Below are positions 19,588-29,064 of a stretch of DNA of 64,000 nucleotides, in pieces; the stretch's first letter is position 1; each line of letters begins with the position of its first letter. The position numbers and the translations under genes were made by a program. The DNA comes from an uncultured Nitrospiraceae bacterium (GTDB lineage: Bacteria; Nitrospirota; Nitrospiria; Nitrospirales; Nitrospiraceae): the NCBI GenBank assembly GCA_963730935.1, contig CAVSTP010000004.1, positions 1,696,001-1,760,000 on the forward strand, read 5' to 3'. Below the pieces are notes generated by a model. The model worked only from the letters and a program-made list of their open reading frames with translations. It searched no databases and was not told the origin of the DNA.

Positions 19588-21608
19588 TACGCGGCCGCCT
19601 CCTTCAGCAGGGTCAAATACGTTTCGGCGACTTCATCCATCGTCGGCACACTGATGAGCCGCTGAAACATGTCGTAATTGGCCGCGATCCTCTCGAGCTG
19701 CGGGAGAATCTCTTCTTGATTGATGAAGGGCAGGCCGCCGTAGCCCACCAGCTCGGGATGCCCGCCGTCATTGCGATACACGACCGGGAGACCGCAGGCC
19801 AGCGCCTCAAGCACGGCGTTCGAACAGGGATCGTTCTGGCTCGCCGTAATGTAGATGTCGTGTTCCCGCAGAATCTCTGCGAGTTCCTCGGAAGGCACGG
19901 CCGGAATGCTTTTGATGCGGCTGAACGGCACCCCCCCATTTCCCACGAACGTAAATTCAAACCGGTCCCAGTCGAGCTGCGCTTCGAGCCACTTATAGAT
20001 CGGTCCGCCCTTTCGGACATTGTTCGACCAGCTCGTCGCGATCAGCCGGATCTTTCTGGAGGGATCGAACGGCACCCGCCCATGCGGATGAAACACGGAG
20101 GGATCGACGGCATTTCGGATGATCACCGGCTTCACAGGCTGATAGGACATCTCGGCGATCCGTTGATAGGTCCAGGTCGATTGCAGCACGGTCGCCGCCG
20201 CGAACCGTTTGTTCAACTCGAAGCAGAGCTCATCTTTGTCCCGGTCGAATCCTCGAATCAGATGGATCGGTCCGTCAATCCGGTGGACCGCGCGCAACCG
20301 GTGTCGTTGAGCGAATTCTAAAAACCGCTCCACGTCGAAATGAACCGAATTGAGCAGGTAGACGTCCACGTCCGGCCTGAGCTGGTTCTCCACTACCGTG
20401 ATCCCGCGTTTGCGCAGCGCATGGCGAAGAGCCAGCATGAACTGATTGCCTCCCCCGTAAGGAGGCGCGAAGAACTTGTGCCAGAGGCCGACCTTGAATC
20501 GGTCGCGCCGCCATACCGACCTGAGGCGCTTGATGAGCGTCGGTGCGGAGTCGCGGGCGGCGGCGGATGTCGGCGCGACTTCAATGGACTTCGGCGGCGC
20601 GGGCTTCGCCAAGAGGCTCTTGTACAATTCCTCGAACAAGGGGCCCACCGCCTCGGGACGGTGGTTGGCCATGACGCGCGCATAGTGGGCCTGAACCGTA
20701 CGCGCGAGCCGGTTGTCACTAATGTCCTGCTCAATCAATGAGACTGCTTCGATCGGGGAAGCAAAGATGCAGGCCGGATCGAGCAGGTCCTCGGCCAACC
20801 CGACCGGCGTGCTGAGAACCTTGCATTGCGTCGAGGCCGCTTCCATCAGCGACCTGGGTCCGCCCTCCGACCGGCTGGTGACGAGATAGAGGTCGAGCAG
20901 GTTGTACAGGAGATTCAACGTCTCGCGGGGCAGCAAGTTCTTAAAGTAATCGTCATCCTGCGTGATCTCGCCAATAAACGTATAGGGGACGCGCCATTGA
21001 TCGAGGCGCTGCCGTATCCAGTGCCGGCGCGGTCCTGCCAACACGACGTGGACCGGACAGCCACGGCCATGGAGCGCCAACGCGATCTCCGCCAAAATGT
21101 CCGGGCCCTTGACCTTTTTCGGAACGCGTAAGTCAAAACCGGCGGAGTCCCGATGGAAGCTGCCGATCAGATACCGGTGCTCGGGAATCTTCCATTCGCG
21201 TCGAAAGGCGTCGAGCACCTCGTGCCCGACGGGTAGCCGGCGGAACGATTCGACGTCTGTCGTATAGGGAATAAAGGTGTGCGGAAGCCCAACGGCCGCG
21301 CATTGTTTGGTCGCTTGTGTGGTCTGAGTGATCCACCGATCGACGGCGCTGACCACATGGCGATGGCGAGGCAGGCAGAGGTATCGAAACGGCTCACCGG
21401 ACATGTGACAGAGGATGCGCTTGGCGGACAGTGCGGCTGGCGGCATGGACAACAGCGGCTCCCACCAGACGGAATGCAGAACCTCACAATGCGCAACCGC
21501 CGTAAACTCCACGCACCGCTCGATCGCCTGGCGGGTCAGCCGGACATCTTCGTCGAGCGCCCATCCGACCTCGTCTCCTCCCGTCAAACAGACTTTCGGA
21601 CTGGTCAT
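19587..21608 (-). CDS. Two-domain GT4-like glycosyltransferase
   Basis: Two GT-B signatures (SRSEGGPRSLMEAA and DPCSNAVLEALACGLPVV) separated by a Pro/Ala-rich linker. Confidence 0.85.
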   Translation of the reverse strand: MTSPKVCLTGGDEVGWALDEDVRLTRQAIERCVEFTAVAHCEVLHSVWWEPLLSMPPAALSAKRILCHMSGEPFRYLCLPRHRHVVSAVDRWITQTTQATKQCAAVGLPHTFIPYTTDVESFRRLPVGHEVLDAFRREWKIPEHRYLIGSFHRDSAGFDLRVPKKVKGPDILAEIALALHGRGCPVHVVLAGPRRHWIRQRLDQWRVPYTFIGEITQDDDYFKNLLPRETLNLLYNLLDLYLVTSRSEGGPRSLMEAASTQCKVLSTPVGLAEDLLDPACIFASPIEAVSLIEQDISDNRLARTVQAHYARVMANHRPEAVGPLFEELYKSLLAKPAPPKSIEVAPTSAAARDSAPTLIKRLRSVWRRDRFKVGLWHKFFAPPYGGGNQFMLALRHALRKRGITVVENQLRPDVDVYLLNSVHFDVERFLEFAQRHRLRAVHRIDGPIHLIRGFDRDKDELCFELNKRFAAATVLQSTWTYQRIAEMSYQPVKPVIIRNAVDPSVFHPHGRVPFDPSRKIRLIATSWSNNVRKGGPIYKWLEAQLDWDRFEFTFVGNGGVPFSRIKSIPAVPSEELAEILREHDIYITASQNDPCSNAVLEALACGLPVVYRNDGGHPELVGYGGLPFINQEEILPQLERIAANYDMFQRLISVPTMDEVAETYLTLLKEAAA

Positions 21609-22360
21609 GGCCGCACCACGCGAATGCCGTAGCCGGTGGTATACCGTCGGATGAATGCCTCATCCATCGCCTCAGCCCGCTGCTCACGATGGAACGCCGC
21701 CCGTCTGCCCTTCGCGACCAGGGCAGTGACGAGTCGTTGGACCACCGCCGACTGCAGACGGCCTTGCTTGAAGCGTTCGTAGCACCATGCCCGCAACATC
21801 TCGACGGCCACGCTCCAAAAGAGGCCCTGTGGCTCTACCACCACCTCCGTAAAGCCGATCCGTTCGAGATTTTCCTTCCAGTAGTAATCGGTGTACCGGC
21901 AATAGTCGTAGGGGTCCGCATGAATCGGAAACAGAAAGGGCACGGTGATGAGCAGCACGCCGCGTCCTCGCAATACCCGATAGGCTTCGCGCATGACGCT
22001 CACAGGATCCGGGACATGTTCCAGCATCTCGGCGCAAATCACCGCATCGAAACTTTCATTTCTGAACGGCAGCTTCGAGGCATCGGTCTGTACGTCCGGC
22101 CGGTGCTCAGTCGACACGTTCGCGTAGCGAACGCGGACATCATAGTGCTCGATCTGAAAACGGCCCCGTTTGAGAAATCGCTTTCCTCCCAGATCCAGCA
22201 CATGGCTTCCCGCCTCCAGCATCGAGGCCTGGCGGATATAGAATTCGTCCACGAACGACCGCCTGACCGAATAACTCAGTTGTTCCGAGGATTGCTGGAG
22301 CACACCCATCTCTCTTTCTCTCGCTGATGCAGAGCGGCTCAGAGCGGCCCGGGAGATCAC
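21605..22360 (-). CDS. Class I SAM-dependent methyltransferase
   Basis: VLDLGG, LPFRNESFDAVICAEMLEHV, HADPYDYCRYT. Confidence 0.87.
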   Translation of the reverse strand: MISRAALSRSASAREREMGVLQQSSEQLSYSVRRSFVDEFYIRQASMLEAGSHVLDLGGKRFLKRGRFQIEHYDVRVRYANVSTEHRPDVQTDASKLPFRNESFDAVICAEMLEHVPDPVSVMREAYRVLRGRGVLLITVPFLFPIHADPYDYCRYTDYYWKENLERIGFTEVVVEPQGLFWSVAVEMLRAWCYERFKQGRLQSAVVQRLVTALVAKGRRAAFHREQRAEAMDEAFIRRYTTGYGIRVVRP

Positions 22361-23157
22361 GGAACGATGAGGTATCGCCCCGCCGCATCGATGTGATTCA
22401 GCAGCAACGGGCGAGGCAGCCTCGCCATGAACTCATCCACCGCTTTACGGCATCCGGACCATTTTCCGTAATCATCGATCACGACGATGCCTCCGGAGAC
22501 CACCTTGGAGAACAAGGTCTCCAGGCAGATTTTCGTCGATTCGTACCAGTCGCCATCGATGCGTAAGAGGGCAATGGCCGCCACACCAGCCGGCAAGGCT
22601 CTCAGCGTGTCCTGGAACCACCCGACGTGAAAATGGGTGAGCGAGGCCGGATACTCGGCGATAGCACCTACCGCATGGCGATTATCCTCGAGCGTCCCGA
22701 CACACTTGCCGATGCTCCGCAAGGTCCCGGAGGCTCTCGCACCGGCGTACTGCACGGCCATGTCGCCATCATGAGCTCGATCCGGTTCAGGGAGTCCTTC
22801 GAACGAATCGAACAAATGCAGGTCGCGGTGCGGCATTCCGGACCGCCGGTGCGCCAACGCCATCAGGGCGGCGGCACCTCCCTTCCAGGTACCGCACTCG
22901 ATCAGAACCCCCTGAATGCCGGCACGATCGAGATAGCGCACCTGCTGCCAGAGCGTGACCAGCCGCTGGTAAGACAGCATCGTGTGACCCTCGACGAGCG
23001 CGATGGCCTCCCGGGCGAACTCTTCCTCGTCGTAGTTCAGAGCGGGATGCTCGCTCCGCTTAGGCGCTCGTGACGGCGGGACGGGGCCGTCGGCTTGCGG
23101 CGAGGTCTTGCCGCCGCTCTTCGTCCTGTGAAGCGCCGACACGAGTTTGTGAATCAT
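22357..23157 (-). CDS. TylF/MycF/NovP family sugar O-methyltransferase
   Basis: IECGTWKGG, FDSFEGLP, GWFQDTL, RIDGDWYEST, IDDYG. ATGA overlap at 23154-23157. Confidence 0.92.
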   Translation of the reverse strand: MIHKLVSALHRTKSGGKTSPQADGPVPPSRAPKRSEHPALNYDEEEFAREAIALVEGHTMLSYQRLVTLWQQVRYLDRAGIQGVLIECGTWKGGAAALMALAHRRSGMPHRDLHLFDSFEGLPEPDRAHDGDMAVQYAGARASGTLRSIGKCVGTLEDNRHAVGAIAEYPASLTHFHVGWFQDTLRALPAGVAAIALLRIDGDWYESTKICLETLFSKVVSGGIVVIDDYGKWSGCRKAVDEFMARLPRPLLLNHIDAAGRYLIVP

Positions 23158-24380
23158 GACGGATCCTGTTCGAGGTGCAGGCGCCACTGAGCCGGCAGCG
23201 CCATAATGCCGCGCGCGCGGCCGGAACCGTTGACGGAAAAGCTCGCGATGCCGGCGAGTCGTTCCAGCGTTTCATATGAGCTCTGTTCCCGCAGCGCAAA
23301 GTTCACTTCATAGGCGCCCTTCGACAACTTGTGCTCGCCGTACCAGATGCGGAGACGCATCGGGCCACTCACGCCCTCGCATTGCAGTCCGTCCTCCTCG
23401 GAAACGTTCCAGACACAGACGACGCCGGTGGCGTTGAGGATGCCGATGGAGAATACCGGCCGGTCCAACCGCCGATGCACACGGAACCGGATCTCAACGC
23501 CGAACGGAGCGCCAGCGTCGACTTCCGTGATGGTTTCCTCGTTCTGCCCGAAAATGCGAGTGCCCAGGACGGTCAGGTCTTCCACGTCGCCGCCGGATAG
23601 CCCGCGCTGCTCCAGTCGCAACCGTTCCTTCCCGAAGACCAATTGCTCATAAGCTCTCAAGCCTTCGAGCGCGGACCCCTGCGCCACGATCGCCCCTTCA
23701 TCAAGCACAATGCCGCGCTGCGCGACGAATTGCAGCATGTCGAGACTGTGCGTGACCAGGATGACGGTCGCTCCGTTTTCCCGCAGCTCTTTAAGCCGCG
23801 CCAGGCTCTTGTTCTGGAATTTGAGATCGCCGACCGCAAACGTTTCGTCGATCAATAGAACATCGCTCTCGATCCGGGTCGCGACGCCGAAGCCCAAACG
23901 AGCCACCATCCCGCTCGAATACGTCCGTACCGCGCGGTCAAACCAGTCGCCGAGTTCGACGAACGCTTCAATCTCGGGCAGCAAGGACGCCATCCGGCGC
24001 CGCGGCACGCCCATGATCGCGCCTAAGAGATACGTGTTTTCTCGGCCGGTGAGTTCCGGATGCACGCCGGCATTCAGTTCGATCATCGGAAAGATCCGCC
24101 CGCGCACCTCGACGCAACCGCGGGTCGGCGGGCTGACGCCGGCCAAGACTTTGAGCAATGTGCTCTTGCCTGCCCCGTTGCGTCCGATGATCCCGACCGT
24201 CTCTCCCCGCTTGATCTCGAAGGAGACGTCGCGCAACGCCCACACATCAGCGTCCCTCTCCGTCGGTTCTGCTCCAAGCCGAGCCAGCACCGCGCGGGCA
24301 AGCTGTCCGATCCCGGGACGGTCGGAGAGCCCGTAGTGCTTCCACAAGCCTTCAACACGAATGCTGACTGGCTCTGCCAT
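23154..24380 (-). CDS. wzt: Polysaccharide ABC exporter ATP-binding subunit with C-terminal Wzt_C carbohydrate-binding domain
   Basis: GRNGAGKST, ELTGREN, YSSGM, IDETFAVGD; about 150-aa C-terminal extension. Confidence 0.9.
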   Translation of the reverse strand: MAEPVSIRVEGLWKHYGLSDRPGIGQLARAVLARLGAEPTERDADVWALRDVSFEIKRGETVGIIGRNGAGKSTLLKVLAGVSPPTRGCVEVRGRIFPMIELNAGVHPELTGRENTYLLGAIMGVPRRRMASLLPEIEAFVELGDWFDRAVRTYSSGMVARLGFGVATRIESDVLLIDETFAVGDLKFQNKSLARLKELRENGATVILVTHSLDMLQFVAQRGIVLDEGAIVAQGSALEGLRAYEQLVFGKERLRLEQRGLSGGDVEDLTVLGTRIFGQNEETITEVDAGAPFGVEIRFRVHRRLDRPVFSIGILNATGVVCVWNVSEEDGLQCEGVSGPMRLRIWYGEHKLSKGAYEVNFALREQSSYETLERLAGIASFSVNGSGRARGIMALPAQWRLHLEQDPS

Positions 24381-24382
24381 CG

Positions 24383-25189
24383 CTATACCGCGTCCGCAAA
24401 ATGTTGAGACAGGGTTTTGAAGAGCGGCCAGCCGATGATCCAGACAAAAACGGTCGCAGCCATCGACAGGCCGAGGAATCCCATGTCGGGCGCCGTCTCC
24501 CTGATCAAGACCTGCCTGAACCCTTCAATGATGCCCACCATGGGATTGAGGACATACAGCGGCATCCATGAGGCCGGCACCTGATTCAGCGGATACATAA
24601 TCGGCGTCGCCAGCATCCACAGCTGCATGAGCAGCGGCAATCCGAACAATACATCCTGGAGGAATGTGCCCAGGGCCCCGATGATCAGTCCGCAGCCAAG
24701 CGCGAACAGCATCGTGACGAGCAGCATCGGAACGAGCCAGAGCAGATGGAGGCCAGGAGCGACGCCGAACCAGATCAGCAACGCGGCCAGCAGGACTCCC
24801 GACACGGCAAAGTCCGCCAGAGCGGTGACCACGGCAGTCACAGGAAAGACCACCCGTGGAACGGCGACCTTTTTCACGATGCCTGCGTTGGCGCCCACAC
24901 TGCCTCCGCAACGGTTCACCGCATTCACAAAAAACGCCCAGGGAACGAGGCCTGCATAGGCAAAGAGGACATAGGGAACATCGCCGGTCGAAATGTGCAA
25001 GATGCCCTGAAGCAGCGTGAACAGCGCCGCATAAAAAACGGGCGGAAGCACCGCCCAGACGATCCCGAGCACCGACCGCCGATAGCGCCCTTTCAACTCC
25101 CTCACAACGATCGCCCACATCAGCGCCAGAAATTGCCGCCACGGTTCGACGGCCGGCTCGAGATGGATGTACATGCCCTTCGCGCTCAT
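24383..25189 (-). CDS. wzm: Polysaccharide ABC exporter permease
   Basis: RELKGRYRRSVLGIVW, TPIMYP, LNPM; adjacent to wzt. Confidence 0.9.
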   Translation of the reverse strand: MSAKGMYIHLEPAVEPWRQFLALMWAIVVRELKGRYRRSVLGIVWAVLPPVFYAALFTLLQGILHISTGDVPYVLFAYAGLVPWAFFVNAVNRCGGSVGANAGIVKKVAVPRVVFPVTAVVTALADFAVSGVLLAALLIWFGVAPGLHLLWLVPMLLVTMLFALGCGLIIGALGTFLQDVLFGLPLLMQLWMLATPIMYPLNQVPASWMPLYVLNPMVGIIEGFRQVLIRETAPDMGFLGLSMAATVFVWIIGWPLFKTLSQHFADAV

Positions 25190-25194
25190 GACGG

Positions 25195-26355
25195 CTACGC
25201 GACCTTCCTTGCAATGACCTTCTCTCCAAACAACCGGTCGAACCGGTGTCTCCAGGTGTGGCATTCGAGCACCCGCGCATGGCCGGCCTCCCGGATCCGT
25301 TCGGCTTCTTTTGGACGACGCGAATAGTACAGCGCCTTCTCGACGAGTTCCGCTGGCTCGGACCAGGTCTCGATCTCACACCCCAGCCGGTAGTACTCGG
25401 CATGGTCCGGCGCCTGCTGCACCAGATAAAATCCGCCGGACATCGGCACTTCGAAATCTCTCAGCCGGCATTGCAGATTTTTTGATTCCAGCACCGTATC
25501 GTCTGCGTGCCACCCCGTATCAGAAAAGCCGAGGTTGACGCAGCTGGTTCTGAAAACCTGCGGCATCGCCTCGTCGGTACAGGGCGGATGGAATTCAGCC
25601 CCGTCGAGATGGTTGAAAACATGACCGCGCGCACATTTCCGTTGCAGTGGTCCCGTCAGGCTTTGCAGTCCTTCGGCCTGCCAGCGAGGCCACGCGTAGT
25701 ACCGCAGATCATGCAACACCTTGTGCCAATCCCAATCGAACTCATAGACGTTGGGCTCATGCGGCTGCCACCCCCGTCCAAACACGACCGGCTTGATGCC
25801 CTGCTGCAGGCACGTCTTGAGCAATGCCCGCCTGTAGGGGTTGAAGCTTCCGACAAACGAAACGGCCTGTTGATACTCCGCCGGCGCTGCGGCCCGGGGC
25901 CGGTAATATTTTGGGTTGGCGGCCATGGGCATCCACACAATCCGATCGTTGTAGGGCCTCAGATGTTCCGTGTTGGTCAACTGCGCGACGGCGAGCACGT
26001 CGAAGTACGGGGCCGTGCGGATCACCCGGTACCATTGAAAAGCCATGTCGACGTGATAGTTGATCATGGGCACTTGCAGCGCGCGAAGCTGCTGCGCCGT
26101 GTCCACCATCAGGAAGTCGTCATAGACGATGAAGAAGATGAGATCGAGTCTGCCGGAAGCCTTAAGCGCTTTCGCCAACCGGACCAGTTGCACGTTGAGT
26201 TGATCCCGCTGGTCCCGCCATGACTTGGATCCCAGACGACCCATTCCGCCGGGATACGTGAACACCTCCAGGCGTTCGCAGTAATGGTCACGCAGTGTCT
26301 CGAGGAGATTGATCTCCACCCACCGATCAGGCGGTACTACGGCAAGCGCGTTCAT
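25195..26355 (-). CDS. CgeB-like glycosyltransferase
   Basis: PMAAN, VSFVGS, RLRDFEVPMSGGFYL, HTWRHRF. Start moved to 26355. Confidence 0.82.
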   Translation of the reverse strand: MNALAVVPPDRWVEINLLETLRDHYCERLEVFTYPGGMGRLGSKSWRDQRDQLNVQLVRLAKALKASGRLDLIFFIVYDDFLMVDTAQQLRALQVPMINYHVDMAFQWYRVIRTAPYFDVLAVAQLTNTEHLRPYNDRIVWMPMAANPKYYRPRAAAPAEYQQAVSFVGSFNPYRRALLKTCLQQGIKPVVFGRGWQPHEPNVYEFDWDWHKVLHDLRYYAWPRWQAEGLQSLTGPLQRKCARGHVFNHLDGAEFHPPCTDEAMPQVFRTSCVNLGFSDTGWHADDTVLESKNLQCRLRDFEVPMSGGFYLVQQAPDHAEYYRLGCEIETWSEPAELVEKALYYSRRPKEAERIREAGHARVLECHTWRHRFDRLFGEKVIARKVA

Positions 26356-26371
26356 GGATCGGAGGCGCTCC

Positions 26372-27136
26372 TTAGAAGTCTCGTCGCTCGAAGATGCGGC
26401 AGGCTCCGAGCAGCAATAACCCGGCATAGAGCAGGCCATAGGCGGTGGCGGCGACTTGATAGTCTCCGCTCACCGGCACGCCAGTGGCAGCCTGCCCTTT
26501 GACGTTCAGCCACTCCAGGTTGGGACACACGTAGTACAAGGCGGTCATGATGCTTTCTGTGGCTGGGTTCTTGGTCTTCTCGGCAATGGCTTTTAGATCA
26601 CCGGTCAGATGACCGATGACGTAGAACCCCAAGGTCATGATGGCGCTGAGCGTGGGAGAACTGAACGTGGAAAAGAACATCGCCAGCGCGGTCACGAGAA
26701 GGACCTCTACCCACATGAGTTGGACCGCCTGGAACAACGAACCAAAGATCGCGTTCCCGCTGAGCCAGATCGTGGACAGGAACATCGCAAACATGATCGC
26801 GATGTTGAGACCGCCAATGAACACCAGTCCGAAATATTTCCCGAGAACAAACTGGGTCCTCGTGATCGGCCGGGCGAGGATCGTATAGATCGTGCGCCGT
26901 TCGATTTCCTTGGACACGAGACCGATGCCCACGAAGATGGCCATGATCACCCCGACCAGGTTGATGGCGGCCAACCCGACGTCATTGATGATGCGGGAGT
27001 GTTCTCCGATGGTCAGCGTTCCGAGCAGGACCGAGGCGCCGATCAGCAACAACGCAAAGAACACCAGGTTGTAGAGAATCTTGTCCCGGACGGTCTCACG
27101 AAACGTGTTCTGCGCCACGACCAACAGGCTTTGCAT
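26372..27136 (-). CDS. ABC-2 permease, PilI-like (type IV pilus-associated)
   Basis: NTFRETVRDK, EIERRTIYTILARPI..FVLGK and C-terminal FERRDF; next to an ABC ATPase and pilA. Confidence 0.82.
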   Translation of the reverse strand: MQSLLVVAQNTFRETVRDKILYNLVFFALLLIGASVLLGTLTIGEHSRIINDVGLAAINLVGVIMAIFVGIGLVSKEIERRTIYTILARPITRTQFVLGKYFGLVFIGGLNIAIMFAMFLSTIWLSGNAIFGSLFQAVQLMWVEVLLVTALAMFFSTFSSPTLSAIMTLGFYVIGHLTGDLKAIAEKTKNPATESIMTALYYVCPNLEWLNVKGQAATGVPVSGDYQVAATAYGLLYAGLLLLGACRIFERRDF

Positions 27137-27137
27137 C

Positions 27138-28070
27138 TCACACTCCTTGGTTGGTCTGCTCTAAAAAGAGCTCTTCGAGTGTGCCTTTATGAGGGATAAC
27201 CGACACCAGCTTGCCTCCGGCCTGGCGGATCGCCGCCAGGACATCCTCAAGCTTCTGCTGGCCGGGAAGCGACATCCAGCAGCGGCTCCCCCGCTGAAGC
27301 ACCCGGATCGCGGCGTCCTTGATCAGTGGAATGCTGCTGGCGATGACGCCTTCACACACAACCTCCACGGACTGGGTTGCATGCCGGCTCACGAGGTCTT
27401 CGATGCGTCCCACGGCCAGCATCGTGCCTTTGGCGAGAATACCCACACGGTCGCAAATCATTTCGACGTCGGAGATGATGTGAGTGCTGAAGAAGACCGT
27501 CTTTCCCTGGTCGCGGAGACTGAGAATGATATCGCGCACGTCCTTGCGTCCGACCGGATCAAGCCCGGACATGGGCTCATCCAGAATCACCAGTTCGGGA
27601 TCGTGAATCAGCGCCTGGGCAAGCCCGATCCGCTGCAGCATGCCTTTGGAAAATTTTCGTAGAGGCCGGCAGCGGGCCTCCGTGAGGCCGACCCGTTCCA
27701 GCAAGGCCGGAATTCGTTGCTGCAGATCCGTCTTGGTGACACCGCCGAGCCTGCCGTAAAAGGCGAGAAACTCTTCCGCGGTGAGATAGTCGTAGAAATA
27801 GGGAGACTCCGGCAGATACCCGATCTGCTTGTGGATGTCGGTATCCTGCACGGGCCGGCCCAGTAACTGGACGGATCCGCTCGTCGGTCGCATCAAGCCC
27901 AGCACGATCTTCATGGTCGTGGTCTTGCCCGCGCCGTTCGGCCCGAGAAACCCGAAGATCTCCCCCTGCCCGACCGACATGGACACGTCCTGAAGGACAG
28001 TGGCCGGCTGTTGCCATGGCCAGGTCGGCCGATGGGTTTTCGTCAGGCGGTCAATGACAATGGCATCCAT
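27138..28070 (-). CDS. ABC ATPase, PilH-like (type IV pilus-associated)
   Basis: [27 protein letters not shown]. Confidence 0.88.
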   Translation of the reverse strand: MDAIVIDRLTKTHRPTWPWQQPATVLQDVSMSVGQGEIFGFLGPNGAGKTTTMKIVLGLMRPTSGSVQLLGRPVQDTDIHKQIGYLPESPYFYDYLTAEEFLAFYGRLGGVTKTDLQQRIPALLERVGLTEARCRPLRKFSKGMLQRIGLAQALIHDPELVILDEPMSGLDPVGRKDVRDIILSLRDQGKTVFFSTHIISDVEMICDRVGILAKGTMLAVGRIEDLVSRHATQSVEVVCEGVIASSIPLIKDAAIRVLQRGSRCWMSLPGQQKLEDVLAAIRQAGGKLVSVIPHKGTLEELFLEQTNQGV

Positions 28071-28114
28071 CTGATTTCTCTCGATTTTTAGACGGTTCTA
28101 GGTGTCTCGAATCG

Positions 28115-28142
28115 ATCATAGCAGGCTGGCTCGCAGCATCAA
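28115..28142 (-). promoter_or_regulatory. Probable sigma70 promoter for the ABC/glycan operon
   Basis: Minus strand TTGATG-N16-TATGAT with an extended TG, about 45 nt upstream of ATG 28070. Confidence 0.5.
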
Positions 28143-28185
28143 GAAATCATGCGATTCACTCCACGGCCGAAAACAGCCACAACGA

Positions 28186-29064
28186 TCAGCGGTTTCTTCT
28201 TCGTCCGGTCATCGTCAACCGCTCCGTCATTTCGCTGCTCGACACCGCGCCGGTCTTGGCGTCGTAGAGGTATCGGCCACCCGATGGCTCGACGGGCAAG
28301 GCCGGCAAGAGCCCGGCTCCGACTATAGCTTCGAGTCTGGGAGGATACTGTCCATTCTGACTTCGGTACCGATCGATGGCTTGCTCGAGAAGGTATAGAT
28401 CCCGTTCCGTGAGGACGATCTTGAGACGGATCTCCAACAGCTTTTTTGCACTCTCATCGGTTGCTTTCTCATAGAGCGCCGCCAGAAGATCGACGGCTTG
28501 TTGCGGGGAGTGGCCGGAGACATACAGATTCGCCGCAAGCGTCGTGAGGTTCGAAGGGGCACCCGGCAGGCGTGACGCTTGCGACATGTACTCGGCGGCT
28601 TTGGCGTCGTCGTACGATTCGTAGTAGTAGTTGATGCCGATCAGGAACGGCAGTTTCCATTCCGTCGGATTATGCTGCATGCCTTTCATCATCAGTTGAT
28701 TGCTTTCCTCCGGAAGCACGACGAGTGTCGTGAGAGCGAGGCCTCCGGCTTCGTAAGCCCGTACGAACTTCGGATCCAGCGTCGTAATGATATCCAGCGC
28801 GCGATAGAGCCATCGGCCGCTGGATTCGGACACCTTCTTTTCTCCCATGACCTGAATCGACTGGACCCAGAGCAAGTCGGCAATCAGTTCTCGGTACCCC
28901 AGCGAGGCAATTTTCAGATACTCGGCGTCGGGCAGGTAGAGAAGCCTCTCCAGCTTCTTGTCGGTTTCCTGCCAAGGCTTGAGGGAGACTTGCAGGGCAA
29001 TGAGCAGCCCCATCATCGCTGCACTGATCAGCCAAAAACTCAGTTGATCACGCCACACTTTCAT
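28186..29064 (-). CDS. PilG/XapA-like TPR membrane protein (pilin accessory)
   Basis: N-terminal TM; ADLLW..IQ, TLDPKF..AY motif; TPR-like helices; pilin-like C-terminus (YRSQNGQYP..LP.EPSGGRY); sits between the ligase-like gene and pilH/I. Confidence 0.7.
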   Translation of the reverse strand: MKVWRDQLSFWLISAAMMGLLIALQVSLKPWQETDKKLERLLYLPDAEYLKIASLGYRELIADLLWVQSIQVMGEKKVSESSGRWLYRALDIITTLDPKFVRAYEAGGLALTTLVVLPEESNQLMMKGMQHNPTEWKLPFLIGINYYYESYDDAKAAEYMSQASRLPGAPSNLTTLAANLYVSGHSPQQAVDLLAALYEKATDESAKKLLEIRLKIVLTERDLYLLEQAIDRYRSQNGQYPPRLEAIVGAGLLPALPVEPSGGRYLYDAKTGAVSSSEMTERLTMTGRRRNR

